From assembly GCA_041742355.1 (NCBI GenBank), contig JBGSIV010000185.1, positions 1 through 20,584 of the forward strand: DNA of 20,584 nucleotides. The letters run 5' to 3'. Numbering within the stretch: the stretch's first letter is position 1; each line of letters begins with the position of its first letter. The notes below the pieces were generated by a model, which saw nothing but the letters and a program-made list of their open reading frames with translations, was not told the origin of the DNA and searched no databases. This document shows positions 15,591-20,584 of this stretch, in pieces. This stretch comes from Candidatus Zixiibacteriota bacterium (GTDB taxonomy: Bacteria; Zixibacteria; MSB-5A5; GN15; FEB-12). The translations under genes and the position numbers were made by a program.

Positions 15591-16058
15591 TTACTGGATC
15601 TTGACGTATTCCTGACGGCCGTGGGGGCAGTAGTCAATCACCTGAAGTCCTCCTGACCGCCAAATCCTAACCAACCAGTCAACAGTATCGATTTGCGAGG
15701 CGTTGCGCGAGATCTCATTGGTACACCGGTCGCCAACAGGAGCAAACACCACGAATTCAGGGATATCAAGGTAGTAGCGGTGGCGTCCCTGGTCCACGAT
15801 ACTGAATCGGCCACTGTCTACAAATTGTCGGCCTTCCTGACTGACGTAGCTGTGCAGATAGGTGGAGTCGGGGTTCAGCACGATCTCATCGAGTTGGGCT
15901 TGGCCGAAGTTGGCGCGGTAGGTACCGGTGATTTGAGGAAAGGTCAGCGGATCGGAAGAAACACCGGGCCCTTCACACGAGAATAAGTAGAAACCAATTA
16001 CAAGAAGAAAGGGTAGCCCTTTCAAATACACATCAAACCTATCTATCGACTTATACAT
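15591..16058 (-). CDS. Hypothetical exported protein, probable lipoprotein
   Basis: 155 aa with a hydrophobic N-terminal stretch ending LFS-C, followed by beta-strand-rich sequence (ITGTY, IVLNPDSTY, VDSGRF). Visibly more AT-rich than flanking genes. Start uncertain. Confidence 0.7.
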   Translation of the reverse strand: MYKSIDRFDVYLKGLPFLLVIGFYLFSCEGPGVSSDPLTFPQITGTYRANFGQAQLDEIVLNPDSTYLHSYVSQEGRQFVDSGRFSIVDQGRHRYYLDIPEFVVFAPVGDRCTNEISRNASQIDTVDWLVRIWRSGGLQVIDYCPHGRQEYVKIQ

Positions 16059-16182
16059 GGGTACCCCGCTGCTTGCGTTGGGGGAAGATTAGGCAATTGG
16101 GTTTGTCCATCGCGATCAATAGGCCTGATCGACCCGCATACTAGTTGAGACGCGACCAGATCTCTCGGTACCTCTTCCCTGT

Positions 16183-16250
16183 CCCACCATAAATGGTGGG
16201 GCACAGAAGAATACAAAGAATCGTCTCCCACCGCAAGCGGTGGGGCACCC
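16183..16250 (-). repeat. Palindrome pair downstream of the ABC permease
   Basis: CCCACCATAAATGGTGGGGCACA at 16183-16205 and CCCACCGCAAGCGGTGGGGCACCC at 16227-16250. Confidence 0.9.
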
Positions 16251-16282
16251 GACCACAACAACGCAATCCCGGGGCCTGCGGC

Positions 16283-18673
16283 CTACTCATTTCTCAACGC
16301 GTCCGCCGGATTCGCGCGTGATGCCTTGATGACATGGTACGCGCAGGTCGCGAGGGCAATAACCGCAGTCAGAAGGCCACCCGCTACATACACAGTGATG
16401 TCAAACGGCGCCCTGACAGGATACTCCTCCCGGGACAACGCATTCACCCAATACGCCAGAGGAAAGGCCACAACAGTCGCGAGGCCAATTAGAACCATGA
16501 ACTCCCTGGTCAGCATGCTCTGGACAACTGAGGTCGAAGCTCCCATCACTTTGCGAATCGCTATCTCTTTCGTTTTGCACGTAACGGTGTAGGAAACCAG
16601 GCCGAATACGCCCAAGCCTGCAATGAGCAGCGAGATTATGGTGAGAATTCCGAAGAACTGAGACTCATTGTCCAGTTTCCCGTAAGCGGTGCGGATATTC
16701 TCGTCCAGAAACGAGTACACAAAGGGCTGATTTGGGAACACGCGGTTCCAGACACTGCGAATGCCCGCGATGGAACCACTGATATTGTCCGGCCTCAACT
16801 TGACAGTGAGAACCCGACATTTGTCAGGATTCAGCGAGATGGTGGCGCCCGGGTGGTAGGAGAAATCCAGGGCGCTTCCCTGAAAGTCCCTCACGACACC
16901 GATAATCTCCCGGAAGGAAGAATCGGTGAACAGCAAGGACCCGATCGGTTCGGAGAATCCCAATTCCTTCGCAAAGGATTCGTTGATGAGTATGCCCCGG
17001 TCGATATCCCCCGGCTGGTCAGACGTAAACGCACGACCTTTGACCAACGTTATGCCATAGTGGGAGAGAAAGTCATAGTCGCCCACCAGATGCTTCGCGA
17101 CGTGAATTTCGTTCTCCTCGCGGTTTGCACTCGAAAAATAGAGCATGGATAGGAATCTCGTCCCCATTATCCGGTTCGATCGCGCTGTGCTGAGCGCTTC
17201 GGGGCACGTTTGAAGTTCCTGCTGCATCACAGTGCAATTTCGCGGACCATTCTCTCCGGCAAACTGCATCACGAGCATGTTATCGCGTTCAAAACCGAGA
17301 TCGTAGTGGGTCAGGAAACGCAGCTGGTCCTGAAGCCCGAGCGTTACCGTAGCAAAGAAAACTGCCAACGTAAACTGAAACACCAGAAGAGACTTGCGAA
17401 TCGTCCAGCGACTCCTCCCGACGACCACCCGGCCTCTCAGCGCCGCAGTGGGCTGATAGCGCGAGAGGTAAAGCGCCGGATAATATCCTGCCAGCAGGCC
17501 GACCGCGGTTGCCAGCAGCACCACGAGAAACACCGAGGCGGGCTCAGTATAGAGATTCACAAGGTTATACGGATCCGGCGTTATCGTATGATACCCTGTC
17601 CGCAGCAGTTCCAACATTGCCGCACTCAAGAGGGTTGCCACGCACGTAAGCAACATCGACTCACCCAGGAACTGCAGGATCAGGCTCTTGCGGTCGGCTC
17701 CGAGTGTTTTGCGCACGCCGATTTCCCTGTGCCGGTCGGCAGCTCTCGCCGTGGCCAGGCTGACAAAATTGACGATGGCCTGGAGAAGGATGAAGAGACA
17801 GACGCTGATAATGAAAATCAGCATGTCATACTCACGGCCGGGATAGAGCTCACCCTCGTTTCCCGAATAGTAGGAGTTGCAGTAAACATCTTTCAGGGAC
17901 TGCAGTGAGAAGGAATAATGCGAAGCTGTCGCCCTGGTGACATGATTCGCGAAGAGGGCTTGAATCCGATTGGCCAGCGCCGCTCGGTCGGTGCCATCCC
18001 GAAGGAGCAGGTAGGTGAAATCCGAATAGTCTGCGGTCCAGCTGTCAAGTGAGCCCCCGGAAGCCACAAGACTGGAGTAAGATGCGATGAGATCGCAATG
18101 CAACTGCGTCAGGAGAGGAGGATCCTCAAGTACGCCGGTAATGGTGTACAACGTGCTGTCAACCAATCCGATCGTCTTTCCGACCGGGTTTTCTCCCGGG
18201 AAGAGCTCCTCGGCAAGGGAGTCGGTGATAAGAACCGCGTAAGGGGTATTCAGGCAGCTCTCCGGGCTTCCCACTTTCAGGGGAAAGGTGAAGACCTCGA
18301 AGAACGCCGGTCCGGCGAACAGCAAGGGACCCGCCAGATGTGACTTCTGGCCCAGTGTGAGATGGGCGTTTCTCAAATGCCGGAAGACGGCCGCCTGCTG
18401 GACATCAGGCATTTCACTGACAATAGCCGGCCCCAGCGGAGCCATGACCCGGGCGCTGGTCAGTGTTGTATCCATATTCCGATAGGTCAGCTCCACCCGG
18501 TAAATGCGATCGTGGTTCTTGTGGCAGTCTTCCCACCGGAACTCACGAACGACATACGAAAGGCCTACCTGTGCGATGGCCAATCCAATTGCCAGTCCGG
18601 TCACGGTGATAACCGTGTAAAGTGGATGTCTGAATAGCACGCGGCCCGTGAACCTGAAGAATTGGCTAATCAT
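16283..18673 (-). CDS. ABC transporter permease, duplicated MacB periplasmic + FtsX domain type
   Basis: GLAIGLA, IVNFVSLATARAADRHREIGVRKTLGA, QFLGES, LLAGYYPA, KEIAIRKVMGAS and ANPADALRNE. Start placed at the ATG at 18673 (MISQFFRF; AAGGGAAG upstream); the ORF-track start at 18763 lies inside the predicted promoter. Confidence 0.95.
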   Translation of the reverse strand: MISQFFRFTGRVLFRHPLYTVITVTGLAIGLAIAQVGLSYVVREFRWEDCHKNHDRIYRVELTYRNMDTTLTSARVMAPLGPAIVSEMPDVQQAAVFRHLRNAHLTLGQKSHLAGPLLFAGPAFFEVFTFPLKVGSPESCLNTPYAVLITDSLAEELFPGENPVGKTIGLVDSTLYTITGVLEDPPLLTQLHCDLIASYSSLVASGGSLDSWTADYSDFTYLLLRDGTDRAALANRIQALFANHVTRATASHYSFSLQSLKDVYCNSYYSGNEGELYPGREYDMLIFIISVCLFILLQAIVNFVSLATARAADRHREIGVRKTLGADRKSLILQFLGESMLLTCVATLLSAAMLELLRTGYHTITPDPYNLVNLYTEPASVFLVVLLATAVGLLAGYYPALYLSRYQPTAALRGRVVVGRSRWTIRKSLLVFQFTLAVFFATVTLGLQDQLRFLTHYDLGFERDNMLVMQFAGENGPRNCTVMQQELQTCPEALSTARSNRIMGTRFLSMLYFSSANREENEIHVAKHLVGDYDFLSHYGITLVKGRAFTSDQPGDIDRGILINESFAKELGFSEPIGSLLFTDSSFREIIGVVRDFQGSALDFSYHPGATISLNPDKCRVLTVKLRPDNISGSIAGIRSVWNRVFPNQPFVYSFLDENIRTAYGKLDNESQFFGILTIISLLIAGLGVFGLVSYTVTCKTKEIAIRKVMGASTSVVQSMLTREFMVLIGLATVVAFPLAYWVNALSREEYPVRAPFDITVYVAGGLLTAVIALATCAYHVIKASRANPADALRNE

Positions 18674-18751
18674 AGCGCGCTTCCCTTGTTTGCTCAATGA
18701 CATTGGATCTGGCGGGGGGCTCTGGTCGTCTCTCCGCCTCCACCTCTGGAT

Positions 18752-18767
18752 TGCAAGATGCATGCCA
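18752..18767 (-). promoter_or_regulatory. Sigma54 (-24/-12) promoter for the ABC permease
   Basis: Minus strand TGGCAT-GCATC-TTGCA matches TGGCAC-N5-TTGCW with correct spacing, about 80 nt upstream of the start. Confidence 0.75.
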
Positions 18768-18822
18768 CTTATCGTAAGGCGTTACAATACAACGGACAAG
18801 AAACCGGGAATGAAGGCCTGTG

Positions 18823-18859
18823 TGTCCGTTTACGAACGGGAAGTGTGCGAGATCGTACA
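18823..18859. promoter_or_regulatory. Tandem dyad sites, putative enhancer-binding-protein UAS
   Basis: TGTCCG-N4-CGAACG at 18823-18838 and TGTGCG-N4-CGTACA at 18844-18859, spaced 21 bp apart, upstream of the sigma54 motif. Confidence 0.6.
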
Positions 18860-19045
18860 CTTCATCCCACATTGCGTCAAGATCGTCGACACGCCAATCT
18901 ACGTGCCCTGGCGCTGAAAGTTATGGGGGATTAGCGGAAAGCCCTGGCGGACGGTGAGGAGAAGGCAACGGATGCCGGGGCGGAGCCGGGAATGACAGTA
19001 CCGCGGCGTTGGACGAGGTCTAAAGAAAGCTCTGGATCTGAGGGA

Positions 19046-19167
19046 CCCACCATAAATGGTGGGCCACAAAGATTGATGTCAGGTGGGCCACCTGAGAATA
19101 TAGAGAATCTTCTCCCACCGCAAGCGGTGGGGCACCCAAGAACCCCCACCATAAATGGTGGGGCACA
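19046..19167 (-). repeat. Cluster of four palindromes downstream of ribH
   Basis: CCCACCATAAATGGTGGG at 19046 and 19145, TCAGGTGGGCCACCTGA at about 19079-19095, and CCCACCGCAAGCGGTGGG at 19114. Confidence 0.9.
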
Positions 19168-19179
19168 AAGACCCGGACC

Positions 19180-19650
19180 TTATCCGATGGCCTTGTACAG
19201 GTTGACCATCTCGATTGCGGCCTCGGCGGCATGCCAGCCCTTGTTGCCGGCTTTGGTGCCGGAGCGCTCGATCGCCTGCTCGAGATTGTCGGCGGTGACG
19301 ATGCCGTAGATGACCGGGATACCGGAATCCATCGCGAGTTTGGCGATCCCTTTGGCCGACTCGGAAGCGATGTACTCGAAATGCGGGGTGTCGCCGCGGA
19401 TGACCGCGCCGAGGCAGATGACGGCGTCGAACTGGCCTGATTTGATCATGCGCCCGGCAACGTGCGGGACTTCGAATCCGCCGGGGCAGTAGGCGACGCT
19501 GATTTTGGTTTCGTCGGCGCCGTGGCGGGTCAGGCAGTCAATGGCGCCATCGAGGAGTTTGTCGGTCAGGAAGTTGTTGAATCGGCTCACGACGAGCCCG
19601 AAGCGGAATCCGGCCGCTTCCAGTTTGCCTTCGAATGTTTTGTATGCCAT
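19180..19650 (-). CDS. ribH: 6,7-dimethyl-8-ribityllumazine synthase
   Basis: [29 protein letters not shown] and [14 protein letters not shown]. Confidence 0.99.
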   Translation of the reverse strand: MAYKTFEGKLEAAGFRFGLVVSRFNNFLTDKLLDGAIDCLTRHGADETKISVAYCPGGFEVPHVAGRMIKSGQFDAVICLGAVIRGDTPHFEYIASESAKGIAKLAMDSGIPVIYGIVTADNLEQAIERSGTKAGNKGWHAAEAAIEMVNLYKAIG

Positions 19651-19653
19651 CGC

Positions 19654-20584
19654 TTATGCTCCCATCCTGCGCAGTGAAAGGATGTGTCCCATCTTGTCGC
19701 GTTTGGTCTCGAGGTAGTGCTGGTTATGCTGACCCGGTTCGACCTCGAGCGGCACGCGCTCGGTGATTTCCAGTCCGTAACCCTTCAGGCCGATCACCTT
19801 CTTGGGGTTATTGGTCAAGAGACGAATCGAAGTGAGGCCGAGGTCAACCAGGATCTGGGCGCCGACGCCGTATTCGCGGAGGTCGGCTTTGAAGCCGAGG
19901 TCCTCGTTGGCCTGGACGGTGTCGCGGCCTTCTTCCTGGAGTTTGTAGGCGCGGATCTTGTTGGCGAAGCCGATGCCTCTCCCCTCCTGGGTCATGTAGA
20001 GGACAACGCCGCAGCCCTCGCGTTCGACCTGGCGCATGGCGGCGTGAAGCTGGCTGCCGCAGTCGCAGCGGCAGGAGCCGAAGATGTCGCCGGTCACGCA
20101 ACTGGAGTGGACGCGGACGAGGACGTTCTTCTTCCCGGCGACTTCGCCTTTGACGAGCGCGACATGGTAGCAGTCGTCGACCCAGGACTTGTAGAGGTGG
20201 AGCTGGAACTCGCCGTGCTCGGTCGGGAAGTCGACCGATTCGATCAGCTCGATGTGTTTTTCGGTGCGGCGGCGGTAGGCGATGAGGTCGCGGACGGTGA
20301 TGAATTTGAGGCCGTGGTCTTTGGCGAACTGCGCCAGCCGGGGGACGCGGGCCATGGAGCCGTCGTCGTCCATGATTTCGCACAACATCCCGACCGGGTT
20401 GAGGCCGGCCATGCGAGCGAGGTCGACCGAGGTTTCGGTGTGGCCGGCGCGTTTGAGCACACCGCCGGTGACGGCCTGGATCGGGAAGATGTGGCCCGGG
20501 CGGGCGAGGTCTTCCGGTCTGGCCTTCGGATCGGCCAGCACCTGCACGGTTTTGGCGCGATCGGCGGCGCTGATGCCGGTCGTG
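19654..20584 (-). CDS. ribBA: Bifunctional 3,4-dihydroxy-2-butanone-4-phosphate synthase / GTP cyclohydrolase II (5'-truncated by the window)
   Basis: The frame stays open to the window edge ([10 protein letters not shown]). RPGHIFP and RAGHTE mark the DHBP synthase; [28 protein letters not shown] and LLTNNP mark the cyclohydrolase II. Confidence 0.98.
   Translation of the reverse strand, partial: TTGISAADRAKTVQVLADPKARPEDLARPGHIFPIQAVTGGVLKRAGHTETSVDLARMAGLNPVGMLCEIMDDDGSMARVPRLAQFAKDHGLKFITVRDLIAYRRRTEKHIELIESVDFPTEHGEFQLHLYKSWVDDCYHVALVKGEVAGKKNVLVRVHSSCVTGDIFGSCRCDCGSQLHAAMRQVEREGCGVVLYMTQEGRGIGFANKIRAYKLQEEGRDTVQANEDLGFKADLREYGVGAQILVDLGLTSIRLLTNNPKKVIGLKGYGLEITERVPLEVEPGQHNQHYLETKRDKMGHILSLRRMGA

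Noticed and set aside
16095..16106. AATTGGGTTTGT resembling the array box
   Set aside because: Single partial match with no adjacent hairpin at the typical distance; compatible with chance.
18930..19180. FMN riboswitch or other known ncRNA near the rib genes
   Set aside because: This region is downstream of ribH, lacks RFN consensus blocks and is explained by the palindrome family; the operon leader lies outside the window.

Overview
GC-rich bacterial chromosomal segment, with every credible gene on the minus strand. The gene set and the D-S/T-rich exported proteins suggest an FCB-superphylum lineage such as Zixibacteria; this is inference only. In transcription order (right to left): ribBA (5'-truncated), ribH, an FtsX/MacB-type ABC permease with a sigma54-type promoter and tandem enhancer sites, a small exported hypothetical protein, nusB, a two-domain PrcB-like lipoprotein, and a glycosylation cluster (DUF2723/TMEM260-like GT-C, GT4, flippase-like membrane protein, ArnT/PMT-like GT-C, Gfo/Idh/MocA oxidoreductase, hexapeptide N-acetyltransferase, DPM1-like GT2). 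The last gene is an uncharacterised 'STGPRTxEGK...NALKHGL' family protein. The most unusual signal is non-coding. More than 40 short tagged palindromes (REP-like) from about ten sequence families are packed into 1-1190, 2170-3080, 3800-4310, 16180-16250 and 19040-19170. All are in the same orientation and several show compensatory stem changes. At the 3' end of the uncharacterised gene they form an ordered array in which seven copies of an AAACGAACCCAA box (minus strand) alternate with single hairpins from different families. No transposase, RAYT, integrase or cas gene is present in the window.
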